A stretch of 64,000 nucleotides of DNA from Acidimicrobiia bacterium (GTDB lineage Bacteria; Actinomycetota; Acidimicrobiia; IMCC26256; JAENVU01). Below are positions 7,996-16,947 of the stretch, piece after piece. The notes beneath the pieces were generated by a model. It was not told the DNA's origin and did no database searches. It saw only the letters and a program-made list of their open reading frames with translations. A program made the position numbers and the translations under genes. Each line of letters starts with the position of its first letter. The first letter of the stretch is position 1. The stretch is from positions 44,596 to 108,595 of the forward strand of contig DASXYP010000049.1 in NCBI GenBank assembly GCA_036502405.1, given 5' to 3'.

Positions 7996-9485
7996 CCACG
8001 TTGCTCGGAGGCTCGCGGCTGCGGTCGAGAGGCCCGGACCAGACCGCAGAGCCGCGTCCCCTCGCACCCCCTGAGCGACCGGTCGACGTCCGGCGCTCCG
8101 GGAGGGCCACGGCATGGTGTCTCGTCGCCCTCGTGGCCGCCGCGGCCGGGCTCCGCCTGTGGGGTCTCGGCGCGTCCCGCCTGAGCTACGACGAATCCTT
8201 CACCGCCATGGCGGGCCGGCTCCCGCTCGGCTCGCTCTTCGCGTATCTCACGCAGCACGACTCCCACCCACCGCTCGACTACCTCCTCCACCTACCGCTC
8301 GCCCGCGCGGGGGTGAGCGAGCTGTGGTTCCGCGTGCCGTCGGTGCTGTGCTCGGTCGCGGCAGTCGGTCTCTTCGCGTGGTGGCTCCGCGCCCGGGGAC
8401 GCCTCGCGGTCCTGGCGACCGCGCTGCTCGCGGTCAACACGTTCCAGGTCGTGCACGGTCGCCAGGCCCGCATGTACGCCGAGCTCGAGCTCCTCGGCGT
8501 GGGAATCGCGGTCTTGGCGAGTGCGTGGCTGGTGCGTCCGCGCCGCGTGCACGCGGTGCTGCTCGGTGTGCTCGTGTTCGCGGGCCTCATGACCCACACG
8601 TCCATGTTCCTGCTCGGCGCCGGTCTGCTCGTGCTCCCGGGCGTCCGGTCCGATCGCGCCGCGTGGCAGTGGCGCAGTGCGCTCCTTCTCGCGGTGGCGA
8701 GTTGGGCCGCGCTCTGGGGCGCCGCGTTCGTCACCCAGGCCGGCGGTGGGCACTCCGCGTGGATCCCGCGGACGACACCGGCGACCCTGGTGACCGCGCT
8801 CGGATCCCTCCTCGGCGCCCCGCCCGACTTCGCGATTCCGGCGCTCGTGCTGATGCTGCTCGGCGCGGTCGTGCTCCTCCGCCGCCGTGACGGACTGGGC
8901 CGGGTCTGGATCTGCTGTTTCGCCGTGCCCGTCGCCCTGGCCGCGGTCGCGGGCCTCTTCGCCCCGGTCGTGCTCGACCGCACCTTCACCCTGATGGCAT
9001 GGGCCCCCGTGCTCGCGGTCGCGTGCCTCCTCGATGCGCTGATCGCGCGCCGCGCGTGGCTCGGTGCACCCGCGGCCGCGCTGGTGCTGGTTTTCGCCCT
9101 CGCACCGACGATCGGCGCCCTCACGAGCGCGACCGGTCCGAACGCGCCGTTCCGCTACCTCGCGGCGCAGGTCCGACCCGGCGATGTCGTCGCGGTGCGT
9201 CCGGCGACCAAGGCACCCGAGCTCCAGTGGTCGTTGGGCGTGTCCACCGGCTCGTCGACCGGTCGCGTGCCGGTGCCGACGTTCTCGCCCAGCTTCGGCA
9301 TCCGGATCGGTCACGCGACACCCACCGGGCGCCTCTGGACGTTCGACTGGCACGCGCGCGGCACGAGCTCCTTCCCGGCGAGCAACGCGTGCCACCGACA
9401 CTGGACCTGGGGTCACGTCCAGATCCACTGTGTGGACATCGCAGCTTCGACGGTCTCGGCCTCGCCGGTCCGGACAGGCACGTGA
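7992..9485 (+). CDS. GT-C fold glycosyltransferase, GT39/ArnT (PMT_2)-like
   Basis: In-frame tail of ORF 6702..9485, with an ATGA overlap to the upstream stop. Polytopic N-terminal domain with 'RLWGLGASRLSYDESFTAMAG' (a DE motif in the first loop, as in PMT/ArnT enzymes) and a ~130-aa soluble C-terminus. There is a paralog at 20185..21723. Confidence 0.8.
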   Translation: MTTLLGGSRLRSRGPDQTAEPRPLAPPERPVDVRRSGRATAWCLVALVAAAAGLRLWGLGASRLSYDESFTAMAGRLPLGSLFAYLTQHDSHPPLDYLLHLPLARAGVSELWFRVPSVLCSVAAVGLFAWWLRARGRLAVLATALLAVNTFQVVHGRQARMYAELELLGVGIAVLASAWLVRPRRVHAVLLGVLVFAGLMTHTSMFLLGAGLLVLPGVRSDRAAWQWRSALLLAVASWAALWGAAFVTQAGGGHSAWIPRTTPATLVTALGSLLGAPPDFAIPALVLMLLGAVVLLRRRDGLGRVWICCFAVPVALAAVAGLFAPVVLDRTFTLMAWAPVLAVACLLDALIARRAWLGAPAAALVLVFALAPTIGALTSATGPNAPFRYLAAQVRPGDVVAVRPATKAPELQWSLGVSTGSSTGRVPVPTFSPSFGIRIGHATPTGRLWTFDWHARGTSSFPASNACHRHWTWGHVQIHCVDIAASTVSASPVRTGT

Positions 9486-9522
9486 GTCCGCGAGGCGCGC
9501 GAGCTGTGGTCCCCGCCGGGCC

Positions 9523-11091
9523 GTGAACCTCGCGCCCGCGCTGCGCCCGAGGTCACGCGTCGGAAGCTGGTACGCGGCGCCGGTGGTCGCAGTCATCGTC
9601 GCGGGCCTTGCGATGCAGCTCGGCTGGCACGGCGTCGACTGGCCGGCGCAGCTCTACCGGGTGCACCTGTTCCGAACGAACGGGTGGGTCGGGTACGACA
9701 CCGGCTGGTACGGCGGCAACGTCCCGCTCGCGTACAGCACCTTGTACCCGCCGCTCGCCGCGGCCCTCGGCGTGCAGCTCGTCGCGATCGGCAGCGTCGC
9801 GGTGTCGGCGTGGGCCTTCGACCGCCTCGTCCGCGCCGGGTTCGGCAGCGCGGCGCGGGTCGGCTCCGTGTGCTTCGCCGCGGGCCTGGTGGTGCAGGTC
9901 GTGATCGGACAGCTCTCGTTCCTGCTCGGGCTCGCCCTGGGGCTCACGGCGCTCCTCGCGCTGCGGAACCGGCGGACCCGGGTCGGCGCGGTCCTTGCGA
10001 TCGCGTGCTCGCTCGCCAGCTTCGTCGCCGGCCTCTTCCTGTTCCTCGGGACGGTCGCGGCGTGGTGCACCGCACGGCCGGAAGATCGGCGCACGGCGGC
10101 GATCCTCACCGCGGCCGCCGCGGCACCGATCCTCCTGATCGCCGTCGCCTACCACCAGGCCGGCCGCTTCCCGTTCCCCCTGAGCACCCTGGGCGCACTG
10201 CTCGTCGCGTGCGCCGGCCTGCTGGTCGCGCTCCCGGCCTCCCGGCGGACCCTTCGCCTCGCGGTGTGGCTGTACGCAGCGAGCGCGGTCGCGCTCTTCA
10301 TCGTCCCGACTCCGGTCGGAGCGAACGTCGCGCGCGCCGCGACGGTGGCTGCGGCCCCACTGCTGCTCTGCGTCGCTCGGCGGCGCGCCGTCGTCGCGGT
10401 GTTCGTGACGTTTCTCGTCGTCTGGCAGCTCGCGCCGGCACTCAGGACGGTCACGGCCGACCCGGCCGCGTCGACCACGCGTGCGTTCTACGTCCCGCTG
10501 CTCGCCGAGCTCGCGCGCGTCGCTCCGGCGCCGTCCCGGCTCGAGATCCCGTTGACCCTCGAGCACTGGGAGGCAGCCTGGGTCGCACCCACGATCCCGC
10601 TCGCTCGCGGATGGGAACGCCAGCTCGACATCGTCGACAACCCGCTCTTCTACCGCGACGGTCCCCTGACACCGTCGGCCTACCGCGCCTGGCTCGCGAA
10701 GAACGGCATCGGATGGGTCGCGCTGCCCCGAGCGCCGCTCGACTACTCCGCCCGGGCGGAAGCCCACCTGCTCCGCGCGGGCCCGTCGTACCTGCAACCG
10801 ACGTGGAGCGATCGCGACTGGACGTTGTGGCGCGTCGTCGGGACGCACGGGATGGTCACCGGACCCGCCCGGCTCACCGCCCTCGACGCCGCGAGCTTCA
10901 CCGTCGTCGCCCGTCGGGCCGGCGCGGCGGTCGTGCGGATCCGGTACTCCCCCACCTGGTCGATCGTCGACGCCGACGGCGCGAGCTGCCTCGGCAGCAC
11001 GTCCGACTCGTGGACGCGGCTCCGGTTCCGGCACGCCGGACCGATTCGTGTGGAGGCCCAGCTCCTCCCGCGCGCGGCCAGCGCATGTTGA
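9523..11091 (+). CDS. Large polytopic membrane protein with C-terminal extracytoplasmic domain (possible third GT-C-type enzyme)
   Basis: Tail of ORF 9064..11091. About 10 hydrophobic helices are followed by a ~200-aa soluble domain (PLARGWERQLDIVDNPLFY...WLAKNGIGWVALPRAPLD). An N-terminal loop reads 'GYDTGWYGGNVPLAYSTLYPPLAAALG'. The family was not recognised with certainty. Start is uncertain (GTG 9523 chosen; ATG 9614 possible). Confidence 0.7.
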   Translation: MNLAPALRPRSRVGSWYAAPVVAVIVAGLAMQLGWHGVDWPAQLYRVHLFRTNGWVGYDTGWYGGNVPLAYSTLYPPLAAALGVQLVAIGSVAVSAWAFDRLVRAGFGSAARVGSVCFAAGLVVQVVIGQLSFLLGLALGLTALLALRNRRTRVGAVLAIACSLASFVAGLFLFLGTVAAWCTARPEDRRTAAILTAAAAAPILLIAVAYHQAGRFPFPLSTLGALLVACAGLLVALPASRRTLRLAVWLYAASAVALFIVPTPVGANVARAATVAAAPLLLCVARRRAVVAVFVTFLVVWQLAPALRTVTADPAASTTRAFYVPLLAELARVAPAPSRLEIPLTLEHWEAAWVAPTIPLARGWERQLDIVDNPLFYRDGPLTPSAYRAWLAKNGIGWVALPRAPLDYSARAEAHLLRAGPSYLQPTWSDRDWTLWRVVGTHGMVTGPARLTALDAASFTVVARRAGAAVVRIRYSPTWSIVDADGASCLGSTSDSWTRLRFRHAGPIRVEAQLLPRAASAC

Positions 11092-11125
11092 GTCACCGCG
11101 GCCCCGACCCGGGCGGCGGCGAGCG

Positions 11126-11269
11126 GTGAGCGAGATCGAGGCGCGCATCGCCGAGATGTGGCGGTCCGGGCGGCTGCTCCCCCGCATCCTGCTCGTGCTG
11201 CTCGCCTTCGCGGCGATCGTCGTCACCGGGACCGTGATCTACTCGTTCCTGCTCCCCGTGACGGGGTAG
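11126..11269 (+). CDS. Small single-TM protein (hypothetical)
   Basis: Tail of ORF 11048..11269: VSEIEARIAEMWRSGRLLPRILLVLLAFAAIVVTGTVIYSFLLPVTG. One clear TM helix, positioned last in the + strand gene string. Start is uncertain (GTG 11126 or ATG 11156). Confidence 0.35.
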   Translation: MSEIEARIAEMWRSGRLLPRILLVLLAFAAIVVTGTVIYSFLLPVTG

Positions 11270-11293
11270 TCCGCCAACCTGCGGCGTGCGCAG

Positions 11294-12118
11294 CTAGGCC
11301 ACGAGGAGCGCAGCCGCGAGCAGCGCAGCGGTCACGACCACGATCGCGTCGGCGTGGCCCATTCGACTCGTGGGGTCATCGAAGTTGGGCGCTCCGCCAC
11401 GCGCCTCCATCGCGTCGCCGACGTCTTCGGCGTGGCGGATCGCGACTCGGATCGCGGCGATCACGAGACCGTTGAACTCGTGCGCGCCACGCTTCAACGA
11501 TGCTCTCGACCGACGCGACGATGGCACCCGTCGCAGGCGTCGGGCGGCGAGCAGCGTTCGAGATTCGGTGACCAACAGCGGCAGCGAGCGGATCGAGAGG
11601 GCGACCGCCGTGATCCACTCGTCGACCGGGAGGCGCGTCCAACGGATCGGCCGGACGAGGCGAGTCAGCGCCGGCGCGATCTCGCCCAACGGCGTCGTCC
11701 AACCGACGAGTCCCGCGACGAGGACGAGCTCCGCAGTGAGCAGCGTGAGCCGAGCCCAGTCCGAGAGTCCTCCGAGACTGAGCTTCACGCCGAGCACGTC
11801 GACCAGCGGCGCGGCGCTGGACCGCAGGCTGAGTGCCGCTCCGAGGAGCAGGAACGCGAAGAACCACCGAGGGAGGCGGGGCAGCGCCGACGGCGGCACG
11901 CGTCCGACGACGAACCCACCGACCACCACGACCGCGAGCGCGATCAGGGTCAGCCAGGTCGGCCGGAGCGAGGCGACCAGCGACACGATCCCGACGACGA
12001 TCAGCTTGGTCCCGGCCCAGAGCCGATGGACGGGCGAGCTCCCGGGGACCAGACGCAGGAACGTGATCTCCGGTTCCCGATGCTTGGTGCCCGGCACAGC
12101 ACGCGATTCGTCGATCAT
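11294..12118 (-). CDS. ecfT: ECF transporter transmembrane (T) component, EcfT/CbiQ family
   Basis: 274 aa, multi-TM, with the characteristic 'SIRSLPLL...ARRLR' coupling-helix region (ALSIRSLPLLVTESRTLLAARRLR). ATGA overlap with the upstream ATPase gene. Confidence 0.9.
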   Translation of the reverse strand: MIDESRAVPGTKHREPEITFLRLVPGSSPVHRLWAGTKLIVVGIVSLVASLRPTWLTLIALAVVVVGGFVVGRVPPSALPRLPRWFFAFLLLGAALSLRSSAAPLVDVLGVKLSLGGLSDWARLTLLTAELVLVAGLVGWTTPLGEIAPALTRLVRPIRWTRLPVDEWITAVALSIRSLPLLVTESRTLLAARRLRRVPSSRRSRASLKRGAHEFNGLVIAAIRVAIRHAEDVGDAMEARGGAPNFDDPTSRMGHADAIVVVTAALLAAALLVA

Positions 12119-14175
12119 CGTTCGGCTGCGTCCGGCTTCGTCGGCCGGTCGTCGTCGGCCGCGTGTCGGCCCGCCTCGAGCCGGACCCGACGTTCTGCCA
12201 CTCCGTCCGGGACCACTTCTTCGTGCGAGATGACGATCAACGTGGTGCCGAGCTCCCCGCGCAGCCCGACGAGGACGTCGACGATCTGGGCGCGACCAGG
12301 CAGGTCGAGCCCGGCGAACGGCTCGTCGAGCACGAGGACGGGAGTCCGCCGGGCGAGCATTCCGGCGATGGCGACTCGACGTTGCTCGCCTCCACTCAGC
12401 TGGTCGACGGCTCGCGACGCGAAGGTCGCGGGGTCGAGCGCGACGGCACGGAGCGCATCGTGCGCGACGCTCGGTCCGACGCCGGCAGTCGAGCAGATCT
12501 CTGCCTCCACGGTGCGCTGCAGGAGCTGGAGTCGTGCGTGCTGGAAGGAGAGTCCGACCCGGCCCACCGACTGGTCGATCGGCGTGTCGTCGACGAGCAC
12601 ACGACCACTCGACGGCACCAGAAGCCCCGCGATGATCCAGGCCAGGGTGGACTTTCCGGAGCCGTTGTGCCCCGTGACGAGGACACCGGTGCCCGCCGGG
12701 AGCTCGAGGTCGATCCCGTCCAGCGCCCGGTGCTCCCAGGGAGTGCCCGCGGAGTACCGGTGGCCCACCCCTCGGACCGAGACGCGTCCCGCACGACCGG
12801 GAGCGAGGCGCGGCCGCGATCGGGTCGCTGCCGGGCCGGCCGGGCGTGGCCGATCGACGACCCGACCGGCATCGAGCGCGATCGTTCGGTCCGCTCGGGC
12901 CGCCTCCTCCGGGTCGTGGGTGATGTGAACGACAGTGACGCCCTCCTCGGCGAACGAGCGCAGCAGAGCCAGAAGCTCGCGGCGCCCGTCGGGATCGAGC
13001 ATCGACGTCGCTTCGTCGCAGATGAGGAGCTGGGGTGTGCGCGCGCTCGCCGACGCGACCGCCAGCCGCTGGAGCTCCCCGCCGGACAGCGTCGCCGTCT
13101 CACGCGACGCGAACCCGGCCAGGCCGACTCGAGCGAGGAGCACATCGACATCGAGCGGTTCCGTGCTCGGCAGCCCCCAGCGCAGATCGTCCACGACACG
13201 AACGCCGAGGACCTGCGCATCGGGCCGCTGAAAGACGACGGCGCTCCCCCCGCGCTTCCCGAGCCCGGCGGGACCCGCTCGGAGCACCTGCCCCTCCGTC
13301 GGAGCGGCACCGATCAGGACGCGCGCCAGCGTGGACTTTCCCGAGCCGTTGGCGCCGACGACCGCAACGAGCTCTCCGCGGCCGATTCGGACGTCGACAT
13401 CCCGCAACGCCCAGGTCCGGGCCCCCGGGAACCTGACCGACACCCGGTCGAGCACAACCGGCACGGGTGCGGGTCGCCTCCCGTCGGCGACATCCGTGGC
13501 GAGGACCGCGGGTTCGCGTGACACGACGAACGCGCCCAGGATCCGGCGTCCGATCAACCACCCGAACCCGCAGCCGGCCACGATCGCGGCGCCGAGCACC
13601 AGCGGGACGACGATCCACCAATGGGAGATCGACCAGGACACCACGTCGTCGCCCCACTGCGCCGGGCGATCCCAGCCGAGGTCGCGAATCGTCCGACTCG
13701 CACCCTCCCAGGAGTTGCGCAGCTGATCGAGGGACAACCGGCGCAGCTCCGTGAACAGCGACAGCACTGCGAGCGCGACGAGAGAACCTGGCATCCAGAA
13801 GAGGGCGAGGCCCGCGAGGACCGTTCGCACGACACCCCAGCCGCGCCGGTACGCCTCTCCGACCAGTGCGCCCAGCGCCGTGCAGACGCCGACGGTGATC
13901 ACCAGGTCGAACCCCGCGACGAGGAACCCCACGACCGCGGCGGCCAGACCTCCGACCAGCGCGGCGCGCACCCGCCGACGCGACGCGATCGCCGCCATGG
14001 GCACGATCCCGATCGCCACGAGCGCTCCCCCGAACGGCACGAAGCGGCTGACCACGCACAACGCGAGCGTGAGGTCGGCGAGCACGACGCCCTCGGCCAG
14101 CTCCACCGCGCGCAGAGGACCGCGCGGGCGGGCGTCGTCGCGACTCATCGGCACTGACGTCGAGCGTTCGGACAT
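12115..14175 (-). CDS. Fused ECF-type protein: N-terminal ~235-aa polytopic membrane domain plus two ABC ATPase domains (EcfA-EcfA')
   Basis: ORF 12115..14226. Two Walker A motifs (GANGSGKST, GHNGSGKST), two signatures (LSGGELQRLAV, LSGGEQRRVAI) and two Walker B motifs (LLICDEATSMLD, VLVLDEPFAGLD). At least 5 hydrophobic helices precede the first ATPase. The start was chosen at ATG 14175 to avoid overlap with the HK; 14226 or 14148 are possible. Confidence 0.9.
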   Translation of the reverse strand: MSERSTSVPMSRDDARPRGPLRAVELAEGVVLADLTLALCVVSRFVPFGGALVAIGIVPMAAIASRRRVRAALVGGLAAAVVGFLVAGFDLVITVGVCTALGALVGEAYRRGWGVVRTVLAGLALFWMPGSLVALAVLSLFTELRRLSLDQLRNSWEGASRTIRDLGWDRPAQWGDDVVSWSISHWWIVVPLVLGAAIVAGCGFGWLIGRRILGAFVVSREPAVLATDVADGRRPAPVPVVLDRVSVRFPGARTWALRDVDVRIGRGELVAVVGANGSGKSTLARVLIGAAPTEGQVLRAGPAGLGKRGGSAVVFQRPDAQVLGVRVVDDLRWGLPSTEPLDVDVLLARVGLAGFASRETATLSGGELQRLAVASASARTPQLLICDEATSMLDPDGRRELLALLRSFAEEGVTVVHITHDPEEAARADRTIALDAGRVVDRPRPAGPAATRSRPRLAPGRAGRVSVRGVGHRYSAGTPWEHRALDGIDLELPAGTGVLVTGHNGSGKSTLAWIIAGLLVPSSGRVLVDDTPIDQSVGRVGLSFQHARLQLLQRTVEAEICSTAGVGPSVAHDALRAVALDPATFASRAVDQLSGGEQRRVAIAGMLARRTPVLVLDEPFAGLDLPGRAQIVDVLVGLRGELGTTLIVISHEEVVPDGVAERRVRLEAGRHAADDDRPTKPDAAER

Positions 14176-14194
14176 CGCCGCGGACGACGAAGCA

Positions 14195-15493
14195 TCAGAC
14201 CGGACCTGACGGTGACACGAACGCATCGAGGGGCAGGATCAAGGCGAACACTGTCGGCCCCGTGTGCTCCAGCACCAGCCGGCCGCCCTCGGCCTCGGCC
14301 AGCGCCCGGGCGAGCGCGAGCCCGACCCCGTGGCCGCGCCCCGATCGCCGCTCGAAGATCCGGCGCGGATCGAGGGGCGGCGAACCCTCGTCACGCACCT
14401 CGATCACGAGCGCCGGCGGCGTGGTGCCGCGCGCGCTGATGGATACGACCCCCACCCCGTGCCGGCCGGCATTGGCAATCAGCACGTCGATGATCTGGCG
14501 GACCGCCGGCACGGCGACGGTCGGAGCAGGAACGTCCTCGTCGACGTGCACGCGCAAGGGTCGGCCCTGGGCGGCGAATCGGCCGTGCCAGTGCTCCTCG
14601 GTGTCGCGCACCAGGCTACGGATCTCGAGCGGGACCCGTTCGACGTCGGTGTCGCGGGCCAGCCGGAGGAGATCGTCGACGGTTGCCTCGAGGCGGTCAA
14701 TCGGCGGGAGCAGGTCCTCGAGCACCGCGCGCGCGTCGCCCTCCGGCTCCAGCAGGGCCGTCTCGACCTGCACGCGGAGCCCGGCAATCGGCGTCCGGAG
14801 CTGATGCGACGCGTCGGCGCTGAACGCGCGCTCGCGGCTGATGAGGTTGCCAAGGCGCGCCGAGGTGCCGTCCAGCGCATCGCCGAGCTGGTCGAGCTCG
14901 TCGATGCCGGAGGACTCGGTGCGGGCCGAGAGGTCTCCCGCGCCGAGCCGTTGCGCGGTATCGACCAGGCTGTCGATCGGATGGGTGAGTCGGCGGGCCT
15001 GCCACCACGCGAGCACCGTGGCCACTGCGACCGCGCCCGCCGCGATCACGAGCATGACGAGCCAGGCGTGTCTCGTGCGATCGACGACGAGGTCCGCGGG
15101 CCCGTTGGCGCGCAACGCGCCGACCACTGTGCCGTCGCCATTGATCGGAACCGCCGCCACGGTGCGGCTTCCGATCCGCGTGTCCGCGGCGTCGCCGCCG
15201 AGCGCGCTTCGAGTCGCCACATCGGCGCGTGCCGGTCCAGACCCACCGATGCGCCGTCCGGCGGCGTCGTAGACGCCGAAGTGCGTCGAGCCGTCGGGGC
15301 GAATACGCACGGCACGACCATGCACGACGTCGCGGGTGGAAACCGACGAACGGGCCTCGTTTGCGGTGCGTTCGAGCTGGAGCACGGCTTCACCTTCATA
15401 CAGGTGCGCAATCGCGAACGAGAGCGGAACCCCCAGGACGAGCAGCGCCACCACCGTCACACCGACGATCGATGCGACGACCCGACGCCTCAA
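14195..15493 (-). CDS. Sensor histidine kinase (HAMP-HisKA-HATPase_c) with no cognate regulator adjacent
   Basis: 432 aa with a TTG start. Two TM helices flank a ~130-aa periplasmic-type domain. HAMP region, H-box FSADASHQLRTPIAGL and G-box GRGHGVGLALA. No receiver-domain ORF was found on either side. Confidence 0.9.
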   Translation of the reverse strand: MRRRVVASIVGVTVVALLVLGVPLSFAIAHLYEGEAVLQLERTANEARSSVSTRDVVHGRAVRIRPDGSTHFGVYDAAGRRIGGSGPARADVATRSALGGDAADTRIGSRTVAAVPINGDGTVVGALRANGPADLVVDRTRHAWLVMLVIAAGAVAVATVLAWWQARRLTHPIDSLVDTAQRLGAGDLSARTESSGIDELDQLGDALDGTSARLGNLISRERAFSADASHQLRTPIAGLRVQVETALLEPEGDARAVLEDLLPPIDRLEATVDDLLRLARDTDVERVPLEIRSLVRDTEEHWHGRFAAQGRPLRVHVDEDVPAPTVAVPAVRQIIDVLIANAGRHGVGVVSISARGTTPPALVIEVRDEGSPPLDPRRIFERRSGRGHGVGLALARALAEAEGGRLVLEHTGPTVFALILPLDAFVSPSGPV

Positions 15494-15706
15494 CCGGCAC
15501 CTGCAGGGTCAGCGGCGCGTAGTAGGGATCGCGTCGCGTCGCCCGCGTGCACTCCCGCGCTCATCGAGTCAGGGTACGAGACCCCGTCACGGGCGCGACA
15601 CACCGCAGGCGCAGAAATTGCCGTTCGATAACCCGCGTCGCAGGGGTCGCTGTCGTCGTCGTTCCTAAGTTCGACGAGCATCGTCGCCGACCTCCGGAAC
15701 GCTTCC

Positions 15707-16285
15707 ATGATCCGTCGCACTGTGGCCGCCGCGATCGTCCTTGCGCTTTCCGTCGCGACAGGCGCGTGCAGCTCGAGCTCGTCGTCCGGCACCAGCGCGT
15801 CCTCGAAGGCCCAGGACGTGAGTCCCGCCGGGGATATCCCCGACACGCAGGCGTTCGTGGCGTACTCGGTTCCTGGCGGCTACGCGATCAAGGTGCCCGA
15901 AGGGTGGGCGCGCGCGACCCTTGGGACGGAGACGACGTTCACCAACCACTTCAACACGGTGTCCGTCGGCACGATGCCGGGCGCGGCGCCGACGCCGGCG
16001 ACCGTCCGCGCGGGAGTTGTCCCGGCGCTTCGGCGCAGCGTCCCCGGTTTCGTGCTGGGTCGGGTCGACACCGTGCCGGTCCCCGCCGGTGCGGCGGTCG
16101 TGACCAGCTACCGCGCCGAGTCGCCCGCCGACTCCGTCACCGGCAAGCGCGTCGCGCTCGACGTGCAGCGCTACGACGTCGCCCACGCCGGCACCGTCGC
16201 GACCATCACGGTCTCTGCGCCGCACGGTTCCGACAATGTCGACGCCTGGAGGACGATCACGAGATCGTTCACGTGGACGCCGTGA
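15707..16285 (+). CDS. Secreted lipoprotein, function unknown
   Basis: 192 aa. Signal peptide plus lipobox (LSVATGAC), followed by a Ser-rich linker. First gene of the ABC string. Confidence 0.75.
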   Translation: MIRRTVAAAIVLALSVATGACSSSSSSGTSASSKAQDVSPAGDIPDTQAFVAYSVPGGYAIKVPEGWARATLGTETTFTNHFNTVSVGTMPGAAPTPATVRAGVVPALRRSVPGFVLGRVDTVPVPAGAAVVTSYRAESPADSVTGKRVALDVQRYDVAHAGTVATITVSAPHGSDNVDAWRTITRSFTWTP

Positions 16286-16947
16286 CGGCCTTGCTCGAGG
16301 CCCGTGATCTCTATCGCTTCTACCACTCGGCCACCGAGGAGACGCTGGCGCTGCGCGGCGTCTCGTTGCACGTCGACGCGGGTGAGATCGTCGCGGTGAC
16401 CGGCCCGTCCGGTTCGGGCAAGTCCACCCTGCTCGCCTGCCTGGCCGGGCTGGACGAGCCGGACGGTGGCTCGGTCCGGGTCGACGGCGAGATCCTCTCG
16501 CACCGCCCCGAAGCGAGCCGGGCCGCGGTCCGGGCGGCGCGGATCGGCGTGCTGTTCCAATCGGTGAACCTGCTCCAGCACCTCACCGTGGCTCAGAACA
16601 TCCGGCTCGCGCAGCAGCTCGCGCCGGGCTCCCGACGAGCGGAGTCACTGGACGCGATCCTGACCGAGCTCGACATCGAGACTCGCCGCCGGGCCTACCC
16701 GTCCGAGCTGTCGGGGGGTGAGCTCGCACGTGCGGGACTCGCCGTCGCGGTCGCGAACGACCCGGTGCTGCTGCTCGCCGACGAACCGACCGGTGAGCTC
16801 GACCAGGAGACGGCGAGCCACGTCATCACGCACCTTCGACGTCGTGCCCGCGCCGGCACCGCGACGGTCGTGGTGACGCACAGTGACGAGGTCGCGGCGG
16901 CGGCCGATCGCGTGATCGCGCTCCGGGACGGGCGGATCGCGTCATGA
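16282..16947 (+). CDS. ABC transporter ATP-binding protein (MacB/LolD-type, variant signature motif)
   Basis: Tail of ORF 15547..16947. The GTG at 16282 overlaps the lipoprotein stop (GTGA); GTG 16273 is an alternative. Walker A GPSGSGKST, Q-loop FQS, signature LSGGELARAG (non-canonical), Walker B LLLADEPTGELD, H-loop VTHS. Confidence 0.9.
   Translation: MTALLEARDLYRFYHSATEETLALRGVSLHVDAGEIVAVTGPSGSGKSTLLACLAGLDEPDGGSVRVDGEILSHRPEASRAAVRAARIGVLFQSVNLLQHLTVAQNIRLAQQLAPGSRRAESLDAILTELDIETRRRAYPSELSGGELARAGLAVAVANDPVLLLADEPTGELDQETASHVITHLRRRARAGTATVVVTHSDEVAAAADRVIALRDGRIAS

Noticed and set aside
15490-15846. The 118-aa minus-strand ORF upstream of the orphan kinase, considered as a possible missing or degraded response regulator.
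   Set aside because: It has no receiver-domain motifs (no DD...D...T...K pattern) and no winged-helix or HTH C-terminus. It overlaps the start of the well-supported lipoprotein gene on the other strand.
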